A stretch of DNA of 64,000 nucleotides from Bugula neritina (lineage: Eukaryota; Animalia; Bryozoa). The position numbers and the translations under genes are program-made. The notes beneath the pieces were generated by a model. It did no database searches. It was given only the letters and a program-made list of their open reading frames with translations, and was not told the DNA's origin. The stretch spans positions 4,888,722-4,952,721 of the forward strand of contig OZ037766.1 of the NCBI GenBank assembly GCA_964035545.1, written 5' to 3'. This document shows, one piece after another, positions 13,301 through 25,699 of this stretch (its first letter is position 1; each line of letters starts with the position of its first letter).

Positions 13301-16300
13301 ATTGTGTAATACAACAAGGCTGTGTTTGGTGTGTTATACTACATCTGTAACTGGAGATAAGTTAAACCATGTTGATGAGCAGAAACCTTTGCATGTAAGA
13401 CAGAATCAGTCAGATGAATAGTTTAACAGCTACTCCAATTTAAAAAGAATAACTGTAGCATATAACAGTCTTAGGGCATTTAATGCTATTTGTTTGTGAC
13501 CATTTGTAATCTTCATTCTACATATTCACAGATTTAAAACATTCACTAAAAGATTTGAGTTGTTTTAACTGCTAAGCTTATCAAACCAGGATGTTATCTT
13601 TGCACATATATAATGTTATCGTATCATATATGCAGATTATTTTCATTATTAATTTTTTTTCTATTATAAAACATGTTGTAATACTGAGAGCCTTATTTCT
13701 CTCTGCCATGATATTAATTAGACACATGCAGACAGACAGGCAATTAATTTGACTCGTGTCAATATACTGTCTGAAAGCATAGTTGTTTGCTTCAACCATC
13801 GATTGGCACTTATTGCTACCATATCATTCTTTCACTTTTAAAGAAAAATGCAATTTTCTATCGCTTGAGTGTTTTTTCAATTGACTTCATATTGTATGCC
13901 CATTATAATTGACATTCTCCCTGTAGGTATTGTTTGGTGAAATGTGAAAAGACAGGGGACTATCTTATCGTAGCTAGAGATCTCATTGACAGCCTTAGTA
14001 CTAAACTCTCGCATGCTTTAGACATCGTTGCAACTTTCACAGGTTTGCGAGTCAATTCGAGATTCAGAATAGAGAGTTACTTGATCGAATTTTGAAATTC
14101 AAATAAATTTCTTTCATAATTGATGTGTTTCGTTAGTTTATTCAACTATGTATCAAGTTAAAGGAACTAACATTATTTTTGCCATATTTCTTAGATGCAT
14201 TTTTCCTGTACAATAGTCTCTTGACATAAATTTATTTCTGGCAAGTATAAGTTTACTACTGCTGCTGCTCACCCTTCAGGGGAGACATTAGCTGATGTAA
14301 AGTACACTCATCCGACATCTGGTGATAAGCAGCGCCCCCTGCTGCCGGCCAGTCATGTGACCGCTGACGTTGGCACTGGTCTGGTCCACACAGCCCCGGC
14401 ACACGGCCATGATGACTTTAAAGTAGCTCTTCAGCATGATCTAAGCAAGGTGAGATAACTTCCCTCCTTGCCTATACCGATGCTATGGAATTGTACTCGT
14501 GTAGCACACTGCAGTGCTGTGTTATAAATATATGTGTGTGTGTGTGTTTCAGGAGTGTATTATAGATGAACATGGCTTGTATATGTCTTCAGCTGGTGAA
14601 TATTTCGCTGGAAAAAATGTATTCGAAGAAGGGAACAGTTTAGGTATGATTCACATTGAGGGCATAACTCCTTAAGGCAATAAATGCTTTGCATTTATTA
14701 TTGTCAGTTTTAACAAACTATGTGCATGTTAGTAACTTTTCTCAAGTGCATTCAATTTATATTTACTGTATTCGAATAAGTATGTGTTTTAGGTTATGCT
14801 TTGTTGTTTCATTGAATGTGAATTGACTTACTTTTTGCATTAATATATATTCAAGAAGAAAAAAATACATTATTTGATGGATTATATTTACTATTTCAAC
14901 TACTTAATTGGACAGTGCTGAAGATGCTGGGTGAGAAGGTGATACACAGCGAGGATTATATACACAAATATCCGTATGACTGGAGAAGCAAGCAGCCTGT
15001 GATGATTAGAGCCAGTAGCCAGTGGTTTATTAACACCAAGAGTCTGGTTCAGCCTGCTATAGTGAGTCACTCTTTCTGCTGCATAAAAACTCACGCAATT
15101 TTATGGTCGCCATCTCTGTGAGAAAACCCCTGATGGAAAGAGTTTTTGGTAAATCGGGCTAAGGACTTATTCAGATATGACACAGGAGCAATTATGACTG
15201 GATGCTCTTCCTAACATCACCAATGGCCTTTGTCAGGGTTCAAACCCATGACTTCGTGCTTACTAGGCAAACACTCTAACTCCTAGACCACGACCACTAT
15301 TCCTGTTACATGTCCCTCTGTAACTCACTATTCTATGTAACCTCTCCCCGCTTCACACAGTGATCTTTTGCAGTCAGCATTAGAAGAGGTCACCGTGCTG
15401 CCGGGAGTATACAAGACCCCTCTGTGTGAGACAATTAGTCACCGACCATACTGGTGCATCTCACGGCAGCGTGCATGGGGAGTACCAATACCTGTATTCT
15501 ATGACCAGCATGAACGTGCATACGTAAGCAGGTGAGCTCTCTACTCTGTGTATTGACTAAATGGGTATTACCTGTCTCCCTGTTACGTGCATGGCATGGC
15601 TGCTTGAACTGTAGTGTCCTGACTGACCATGTAAAGAAGCTGGTGATAGAGCGAGGACCTGACTGTTGGTGGGAAGCTGACATGGACACCCTACTACCTG
15701 ATCACATCAAATCTGAGGTACTTGATCTCTGAGTTATACGGTTGTTGAAATATGCTTTCCAATTATGTGAACTGGAAAATCATCAGCCATTGCTTAATGT
15801 TGTGCTTTTAGCATTTTGGCAATCCTTGATATTTGTACTATTATGTAGAGATGTGTATGGCACCGGAAAGACTGAAATCATGTAAAATAGTAATATAATG
15901 CTGCGTAATATAATTTATTATAATATATCGAAGCAGCATTTTATAAAGCATTAGAATACAAGTAGACATCCACTTATAATGGTAATTTGCCGAATAGTTA
16001 CTTATCAAACAACCTACACGACACTCTCTCACCTGCGATTATTGTAGACTCACATTTAGATATGCACTAAATGAGTCATGTATGATGTAGTGTGTTTATT
16101 GTTACATATTAGTATGCACAAATACTAATTATGTAGTTCTGGCCTTATATTTTATCAGTTAGGGTGTGGCATTAAAACCTATGATGAGTAAGTCACACTG
16201 AGCTGTTACGATAATTCACATAGAACTGTAATGATAAGTAAAATAGATTTGTAACTAATTAATTGATAATTAAGGTGGAGCTGCAGGAGTTTTATTTTTT

Positions 16301-19300
16301 AAGCTATATAAAGCACAACAAAATTATGTCTAGTTAGAAAACTGTTACTTTGAATGCAATATTTTTCAGGCAGGTCTAGATAAATCGTTGACATACAGGA
16401 GAGGCAAGGACATTCTTGACATATGGTTTGATAGTGGAATAACTTGGGCAGCTGTCTTAGACTCAGCACCCGCAGATCTATATATAGAAGGTGTAGATCA
16501 AATACGGGGCTGGTTTCAGTCGTCCCTTCTTACAAGCGTAGCTCTCACTGGCCAATCACCTTACAAGTAAGACTTTTTTAAATTTTTTAAATCTTGAGTT
16601 TTGTTGCTTTATGTGTTGTTTAGCCTACATGATTTTGTTATAATACAAAAATTTTATAAATCTAGTTTCGAATATGTTTTACTAACAACCTATGCCAATA
16701 AATTTCTGTACAGAAAGGTTATGCAATGATCTCCACAAAAGAGTCTGGAGATATTTTTATGTAAATCAAGTTTAGGAATCATTTTGAATAGTGCAGTATT
16801 CATATATTGTAATTTTATTTTTTACTTGCACACTGTATGCTGTGTATCTACACACTGTATGTTTTTTTACTCACACATACTGTATGTTGTGTACTTAAAC
16901 ACAATAGGTGTCTAATGATGCATGGGTTCACGGTAGATGAGAATAACCAGAAAATGTCCAAATCACTTGGTAATGTAGTTGCTCCTTCGGATGTGATATA
17001 TGGTAGTAAGGTAAGTTCACAGATACTATACACTATATTAATTTGCACTAGTAAGTTCACACTACATTAATATACGGTAGTGGTGCATGTGTATAAGTTG
17101 TATTATATTGTATATAACCTAATCTGAATCAAGAGAATGGCATTTTCACTGTAAATGGATAATCTATTATATATTCATATAAACACTGTATATGTATAAT
17201 ACATATATACAGTGTAAACCTTTAGTATTTATCTACACTGTGTACGTACAGTATATGTACAGTAAGTACATGCTGTAATATCAGTAAAACGTGAAAGAAA
17301 TTTTTAATTTGTAGCATGAGAAAAGAAGTTTCAGAAATTTTTTTTTAAAATATAACAAAAACTACTCAAATAATTTATAAAAAGCTCATAGAATAATAAA
17401 AACAAGACCCTATCTTTATATTACTGCGTTAAGATGAGTATTTAATGTTACAGACTGAGCAGAAAGGATATGGCATAGACGTGTTGCGTTGGTGGGCAGC
17501 TAGCAAATACAGTGTAACTAATGTGGATATTGGTCCCGCTATCATCAAACAATGCAATGAAAAACTATTGCTGGTTGGTTCTTAACACATGTACCACAGT
17601 TGCTGGCACATTTTATAAAGCATATAATAATAATCTCGCGTATCTAAATTGCCTTCAGTGGGCTTTAAATGTTATCTTGAAATTGCAATGAGATGCTCGC
17701 TATATACTTATAATCAGCTTTAACATCAGGGGCAGTCAGGTAGGGCTATGGAAAGCTTGTGTTATCCTTTACTTGTTTTAAGGCTACAAAACCTCATCAG
17801 TATATCCTGGCAGTGCTTACAACTCTAACACTCTCAGCAATAATAAAACTGTTATTTTATAAAAATAAGTAGTCAATAGTTTTAGTATAAGTTTAAGACC
17901 CAACACTTTTGCAGTTCACTTCATAATTCATTCTTTTTGCATAGCATGTTATTACGTGTTGAAAGTCTTTTTTCCAATGTCGCATTCCTTCATGCACATA
18001 TTTGAATGGTTACTGTTTTACTTCTTGTGTTTTGAACGTTTTGTTAATTTCAATGTGTAAACTTTTAGCTGCGGAAGCGAATGAGATTTGTTCTAGGAAA
18101 TCTGTACGATTTTCATTCAGTAGATATACTCCAGTATGAAGAGTTGCTTCCCCAAGATCAGTATTTTCTCCATCAGCTTCATCAATATGCTGCTAAGGTA
18201 GTAGCTAATGTGGATACTCTTATGACCATCTATGTGATAATGAACAATATGCTGTTTATTTACTGTGATTTATTGCGTTAATCAAAGCAAGAGGATTGTG
18301 CCGTGATGTACTTATAAAACAAATAAAAAGTTTAAATGTCATGGTGTAGGTGGAACTTTAAGTTGAGAGAACACAGATTTGCAGGATTTCTAAAATGACC
18401 TTGTTAATGATATTTATGAGTCACAGTGCAATAATTTAGCCTCTAAATTGTGTATCGCTGTAAGTGAATGGATGAGTCTTATGTTATGAGTTTTTGCTGT
18501 CAGCTGCAACTACCTAATATAAGTATATTTAGATTCTAGACAATATCAGTTTAAAGGGTAGACAACACCTAATAATTAAATTGATGCAATTTTTGAGGCA
18601 CTCATGTATTTTAGTACCTTGTAAATTGTTTTCTGTGATGCTTATTAGTTATTGTTGGTATGTAGACCTTTTGTATACAAATTTTACTACTTATATGTTG
18701 TGTAATATTAGTATTATTACGTTTGCATCAGAGAATCCTTGATATAAGTACTCATTACAGCAATCTTCATGATCTTTACAGTTACGTTGTACGATATTTT
18801 AGATTAATCTGCTCTATGACCGTTATGAGATGAGTTCAGTGTTAAACGAGTTGGAGATGTTCATGACAAAGTTTTCTAGTATTTATTCCACACTTTCCAA
18901 AGACAGGTAGCAATGCATTATGCAGTTTACGCAATATTATTACAGCATAACATGTTTGTGTGTAGCTGTGCTGTATTACAAATTGTGTTTGTACTGTAGT
19001 GTGTTTTATTGGTTATTATATTATGTTATTATTATTTGCAGGTTGTATTGTTTTTCTGTCACCTATTGGTTATTTTATATTGTATTTCACATTTTTTATA
19101 TTATATGGTGTCATATTGTATTAGTATATTATTTTATAATATTACATTATATTATCATTTACAGATTGTATTTTATTTTATTATATTATTGTCTTGTATT
19201 ATTTTATTATGTTATTATATTGTATTATTAGATTATATTATTATATTTATATAATTATTTACAGGTTGTATTGTTTTCCTGTCACCAGCAAAGAGAGAAG

Positions 19301-20727
19301 ATCTGCTCAAACTACTTTGCATCACACTCTAGAGGTCATCTTGAGGTCGTTTGCTCCTATACTGCCATTCTTTGCTGAAGATTGTTATATGCATCGCTAC
19401 GGAAACCAGCTAAACCTACAGAGTCAGTATATTACAAGTAGTTTCATGTTTTAATATATGGAATCGGTTTTTGTGAGTTAATCTGTCCAAACATGGAAAG
19501 AATCCTATTTTCTTGGTTGTTGCATCAGCAAGCTGGGAATATACTGTATGCAACACTATGCCTTTGCATATAGGTGTATCTTCCTTATGATTGCTTCTTC
19601 TGATACACTCAGCTGTTTGTTAAGGTGAAAGTAGCACTACGCCTTCAATATTCCGAAATGGATGGTTTAAGGAGATTCCATGCTGGAGCAACCAGGAGTT
19701 GGCTGAGAAATTTGAATTTGTCTACTCTCTTGCCGATAAGATACGCTGTCTTTTAGAAAACACACCAACAGATGCTTTTGAATATATCTTTGTGACAAGC
19801 TCGGAAAATGACGCACACAAAATACTAATGGTAATTGTTCTATCGTGCTCAGTGAGTTTGCCAGTGTCAAGAGGCAAATGTAGAACCTTTTTTTACTGAG
19901 CACTTTTATCAATTTATGTGCAGTGATATGGGGATTCTGTTGCTTATATAACACACCTATATGGTGTCATGTCATGCATATCTAGCTTATTGCCTCAACA
20001 GATGTAGAAAGAAAGTAACTTGCTGGAGCACCTAATATATATAGCCTTAGCTCGTATGCTACTAGCCAGTGATTCTTGTCCTTTCTAAACTCTTTTTATG
20101 CATATATAAACTAGAAAGTAATTGATAAAGTGTACTTTTATCATAATTTGTTTATCATTCTTTATTGTTTTATCATAACTTTGTAATATATATAAAGTTA
20201 TCAGTGCTATTTCTTCATATAGGAGTTGCAAGAGGACTGTGGTGATGAAGAGTTGTCCTCCCACACTCCTCTGTGTGAAGTAATGCAGTGTGCTAGTGTA
20301 AAAGTCTACTTAGCTTATGAAATAAACCTATCTGAGCTTGAATATAAACACTACACTGAAGCTGTAGAACACGGTACGGTGTTGATAAACTATATTAATA
20401 TAGTGGCACAGTGTTCTTGAAATTCAATATAAAATTTTAGTAACTTCTATATTTTGGTCATATGGTTGGAATCCAAAGTTTGGAGTTCGGTGGTAGAATT
20501 ACTTTGTTAATGTGAAACTCTTTCGCTATTATATTTAGTATCTTCTTCATTGAGCTATAATAGTACTAATTTCAGTGTATGCTATTTGAATATATGCAGG
20601 TGTGACCGTATACGTACGAGAGACATCATGCTACAGGTGTGAAAGATGTCGCAGGTACACCGCTACGAGCACGACTGAGCCCTGTGAAATGTGCTTGCTC
20701 AACATGGCTGACACTTGGGCTGGCTAA
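4392..20727 (+). CDS. IARS2: Mitochondrial isoleucine--tRNA ligase, 21 coding exons
   Basis: Hand-spliced GT-AG exons with consistent phase: 4392-4628, 4919-5041, 5252-5402, 10582-10730, 11672-11769, 12527-12679, 13927-14042, 14280-14449, 14553-14643, 14916-15061, 15374-15531, 15615-15717, 16370-16566, 16908-17010, 17454-17573, 18069-18197, 18803-18906, 19265-19422, 19625-19830, 20223-20373, 20600-20727 (TAA). Class I IleRS motifs: [13 protein letters not shown] (HIGH), [71 protein letters not shown]-terminal CERC..CEMC zinc finger. Basic N-terminal extension fits a transit peptide. Confidence 0.95.
5976..8959 (-). CDS. Uncharacterised basic, hydrophilic protein (348 aa), nested antisense in IARS2 intron 3
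   Basis: Exons 8959-8922, 8415-7994, 7202-7086, 6702-6589, 6331-5976; all GT-AG and phase-compatible; total 1047 nt = 349 codons. In-frame TGA just upstream of the ATG. Protein runs [28 protein letters not shown]...[21 protein letters not shown]...[10 protein letters not shown]...LQFS*. Confidence 0.75.
9533..9546. promoter_or_regulatory. RFX X-box-like motif GTTGCTATAGTAAC upstream of the nested gene
   Basis: Matches the 14-bp quasi-palindromic X-box pattern GTTRCY-AT-RGYAAC, about 575 bp upstream of the nested gene ATG. Confidence 0.45.
12681..12915. repeat. Minisatellite: 20-bp units followed by 25-bp units, core TAGT(A/G)TAACCAGTCTAT
   Basis: About 11 directly visible tandem units starting at the exon 6 donor of IARS2. 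Confidence 0.9.
15100..15300 (-). mobile_element. tRNA-derived SINE, copy 1
   Basis: Minus strand reads GTGGTCTAGGAGTTAG (A-box-like) ... GGGTTTGAACCC (B-box-like), then GGTGATGTTAGGAAGAGCATCCAG. A related copy lies at about 24147-24272. Confidence 0.65.
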
Positions 20728-23700
20728 TTGAACTGATCTCTCCACTAGTGCAGTCTGTTGACTTAGATAATCACTGGGTTTCCATTATGTTGCATTAGAA
20801 TGGAAGAATTTGTGGTTACGGTTCGCATTAACTTATGGTTGTGCTTTCATTGATGGAATGTTTCCAAACATCAAAAGAGAAATCCATTCTGCATAATGCA
20901 TAGCTTGGAGACGCAGTAATAGTGTAGTCTGTTGACTGAGATAAATTCAGTTTAGTTTTTTTGCATTTCATTATGCACAGTTTTTATGTGGTTTTGTAGG
21001 CATTTTAAGCCATATGTTATATAAAGGTGCACTTATGGTTTATGTATAAAAAATTTGTAAGTGTGCCCAATTTTTACATTATTAGATAATTTTTTGCAAT
21101 CGTATACTTGAAAATTCTATTTCTCATTATTTATCTTGTAAAAGCTTTAAACTTGTATGAAATCCTAAGAGTTTGTAAGTTTTTTTCACAGAATGGACAT
21201 ACTAGAACTTTTTAAAAAGATAAGTAAGTTATATGTTGAAATATATATTATGAACAGCAAAAAATTACAGAGTCTGACTAAATTTACTATACTGGAAACA
21301 ATTTTAGATAAATGTTTATAATTTCATGTTCTTAGAACAACAAAAGCATGCAATATGTCATCTCCACCAAAACTTAATGGATTGATTGATTTGATTTTGC
21401 AAAATTTGATATAATATAAAAAGTTAATATATTATATTGTTATATAGTTAGTATATAATATTATATAGCTATTATAAAGGGTTGGTATATATCATACATA
21501 AAGATAGTTAAATCTCTATCTATCAAACAGATAGAGATGGTTAGGATAAATTATAGGAACAACATTATATACTAATCAAAAAATTTAATTATATTGTTAT
21601 TTTGGTAAAGCATAATTAAAGCCCTGCCATCTGGGTATCTGTTGACCACTTACACATTGTCCTTTACAAAACTGAATCACACACTTTTTATTTTTTCTTG
21701 GGTTGATTTACTATAACAGCAAATTTTGCAGGTAATCGACCAGAATTTTAAAAAACTACAAAACTGTTATAATAATATGGTGATTATAAAATTTATCATT
21801 GGCTGTCCTTTGTATTCGAAAAGGACTTTTTGTGAACCATGTCTCTCCATTGACGTATGTTTTTGTTGAGAGTTTGCCATCTACCAACAGAGGAGTCATC
21901 CATCCTGTGTATATGACCAGCCCATCCCAGCCTCCTCTGGATTAGGAGTTTATACATACTGGGTAGATTTGCTTAAGTAAAGATGTTAGCATTTGAAATA
22001 AAGTTTCACCATTTAACATTTAACCTTAATAATTATTTACATTATAAAACAAGGAAAAACTGTAGAAATAGGAGTTATCTTCCTGGCAAAGCACAAATTA
22101 ATTGCAAGTCTAAGATATTAGAGTTGTCTGTTTTGACAAATAAGCAAGTTAGGAGAATTTGAAGTAGGTCTAATTATTTTCGAACGTTCATTATGTCTTT
22201 TTTTGCAAAAATCGAAACAACAATTTGACTGTAAATTTTACTAATAATTATTACTTTGTTAACTTTTAAAATAAAAGAAGAACTAATTGAATATGCAGCT
22301 TTAAACAACTAAAGTGTGTGAACATTGAGCGTTTTGTCATTCTAGCAGGTCATTGCCCACCCGCGCATGCACCTACTCTCTTTGTAAACGGTACGATGTG
22401 TTCACGCCTTTCTCCAAAAATTATGGAGGTTTTAAGGCTAATAAAATTTGAGTCAGATTAGGTTTCTATAAGTTCCAGAGCAACTGGGTGAGTGAGTCAT
22501 ATTCAGTGATTTTGCGTGGTCAATGAATTTTCGTAAACCATTATATTTGATATCAATGCTTGTCATTAGTACACGTGTGCCCAATATTGCTGCAGTTGAA
22601 GTTTCTAAATTAAAAGCTATAGTGAGTTGCAGCAGCGGTTGAGGTGAGTGCAGACTGAGAGTGAGACGTGCAGTTTGAGTTTTCAAAAACAGACACCATA
22701 CTGATACTAATGTGATACTCATAGTCATAGTCATAGTTGATGGTGGCCATACATGATATAATATAATGGTAACCCTTAGTTGGTGTTATCTCGCAGGACT
22801 AAGTTAAGCTGAAATCTTCATTGCTGAAATGTCGTGAAACTGAAAATAGAATAAATTTAAAAATTGATTGGTTGTTAAATAGCAAATGATTTTAGCTCAA
22901 GCTGCAGAGGAAATCCAAAATGAAATAGAAATAACTCCAAGTTTTAAAACAACTAGTACTGCAAGTCTAACTCTAAGTGCAAATTAACCAGTACTCTGTT
23001 TGATTTAGAAACAGAAACTTAAATAATATTATTACATCAACTGTAAATGAAAACTAAAGAATTTCAGTGATATTCGATTTCGTAATATTTCCGTAGCTAA
23101 AAGTAAATTATTAATATTATTATTAGTAATATTTTATAGTTGATACTTGATACTCGGTTCAAAATAATAATTGTAACACTTATTTTTAATCTAATAGTAA
23201 TACTTGGCTATGCTCATACCCTTACAATAACCTTTGACATTGAGTTAAACTGTAGAACTGTACTGTAATTAAGTTATGAAATGTGAATTATTATAGCTTT
23301 ATCAATTCAATGATGATATATCATTAATATTATCATTATGATTATATACCAATTAGAAAAAATACTTTATATTCCCACACTGGCACCATGACTGCAGTAT
23401 ACACTCTGAGTATACTTTTGAGAATAAAAGGAAGTAAATTTAACAGTAATTCAGTCTGAGCTATACTTATAGTTATATTTTGACTTACAATCTAGGTTAA
23501 CTTAAACTGTGCTTCGACTTTTCTCAAGTTAAATGCAGAACTAGCACTCAGTCTTAATTTAATTTATTTTTCAGCTTTTATAGTCATAGTGGTGTTGGTT
23601 GAATGAAACTAACTCAAACTTCAGATAATCTCCAAACCCTATACTTATTATAGTAATGCCAATAATTATACTTAATGTAAGTTATGCACTGTTTGGAAGC

Positions 23701-24146
23701 ATTCGATGTCTACATTGTCAGTTTTGGAAAGTACCTTGTCATTGTGCTAACACTCATTTTGATCTGGAGGTGTTCAAAATGGATATTGTCAACTCAAATA
23801 CAGCTAAAAATTACAAGAATCATAAAGGCCTAATGAATGAAGAAATTTTAGCATTGCCAAACTTGCACTGTTCCAAAATTATAAAATTTTAGCCTATTCT
23901 ATTATTGTGGTCAGACTTGATTCAATGATTTCTTTTAAACTTGCTATACATCTACATATATAGTGAATGCTGAGCTCAATTCACTAAGGGTAGTCTGCTA
24001 GTATTTGCATTTTGAATTATGCGTGATTTTGGCTCTTCAGAAAAAATCTCAGTTTAAATTCTCCATCCCTGTGAGAGCTGCTGATAGTAGGAGTTTTTCT
24101 GCACTTTTCACCTTTTTGACAACATAGTCTGAGAGCTTTTATATTG

Positions 24147-24272
24147 GTACAGGAACATTAGGGCCTCGTGCCTTTCCTGACATCACCAGTGGGTCTACTA
24201 GGATTCGTACTGCTGACCTAATGGAAATGTGCCATACTAGGTCAACGCCATCTACTAAACCACAGCTGCATC
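24147..24272 (-). mobile_element. tRNA-derived SINE, copy 2 (more decayed)
   Basis: TGCCTTTCCTGACATCACCAGTGG aligns to TGCTCTTCCTAACATCACCAATGG of copy 1, with collinear flanks. Confidence 0.5.
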
Positions 24273-25699
24273 CTCTCTTCACAGCCTATATCTAGATGGG
24301 CTGGGCTATTGTCTACCCATCAGCCCAGGGTCATAAAAATATCTTATTTTGATTTATAGACAGTCTATTGATAATTATTTTCAATACTAAAATTTACAGT
24401 AGTTAATTTTCACTTTTGAAAAGCTATTTTCCATTCAAATGAATACAGTAAGCTGTGAACCATAATGAGACATTGATAGTGATGTTTGTATAGTTTGTTC
24501 AGTATTTGAAGGTATTTATTTGTTTAGAATTATAATGGTAATATATAATATTACAAAGTTCAATTGTTTATAATTTCATAGTTGGATAAAAACTTTCATC
24601 TTTAATTTAGGCTGTGGCTCTGCTTTGAAAATAAAATTATTTAACAAAGAAATCATGCACTAATTCAACCTTTTAATCAATTTATATGCTAATTTTAGAA
24701 AATGTTAGAATCAATTTGATTGGTAAGCTGGGTGCCCCAGGTTTTCCAAATAATTACCCAGTCTTAAGTAACAAGTGGTAGATAACTCCTAAAGTCTGAA
24801 CATAGGTTTTGTTTATCAAACTTGTCTGGCTCATAGTAAGTTATAGCAAGCAAAATGTTATATAATTGTAAAATATGTTGCTTATTCTCACACTGCTGCT
24901 AATTCTCTTAGTTTATTTTCAAAACATTGAAAATGTCACGCCTACAGATGTGAAATAGATCAAACATGTCAATAGATTGCAATTTTTTATCTTGACTGAA
25001 TTTAAGAAAATTGTTCAGTGGCATAAGAACAATGTTTTGTTTAGATTATTCAGTTATCTTCTTAACAAAGTTAAACTCAACGTTAAAGTTTATAGAGATG
25101 CATATAAAAAACACAGTATATTATTTGTAATACGTTCATCAAAGTTCAGCAAATAGTAAGTAATTTAACAAAGGGGCTCAAAGGTAATGGCGGATACTAA
25201 GGAGGCGGTTTTCTTATTTTCAAAACACTCAATGAAATAGTTACTTCATAGAGTCTTATTTTAGAAGTCCATTGAAAAATTATGGTCTAAAAAGTTCAAT
25301 TATTACTTTTCGTTTAGTAATCAGAGAGTGTCTGCTTTATATACGAGTACATTGCAGCCCTGCTTTTACGTCTCAGGCTGTATGGCCTGGCTCCTGTAGC
25401 CTGGCTCAGACATTTACTAGGCAGCTCAGGGACTTAATCCTAAGGAACACAAAAGTCCTATTAATCTTCAATGACCTTTTTCTCAGCTTACACTAGTAAC
25501 ATGGGAGTTCTTGCCTCCCTATCAAAGTCAGTTTTCTAGAAAACTTGCATACTCAGCCGGTTAAAGTGTTAGCATTTTATGTTAGCTTATAGCAGTTCAG
25601 AAAAGTTTTAATCTCAGACTTATAGCTAATTCAACGGTTCGGAAAGTCGTTATAATTTTGTCATAATGTTACTGTTAATGGCTAGTTCTAGTAGCCATC

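Noticed and set aside
18920-19254. Hydrophobic Tyr/Ile-rich ORFs
   Set aside because: Low-complexity intron sequence.
6873-24605. TTAAAGATGAA motif at 6873, 10882 and 24595 as transposon ends
   Set aside because: Short and AT-rich; no properly paired element could be delimited.
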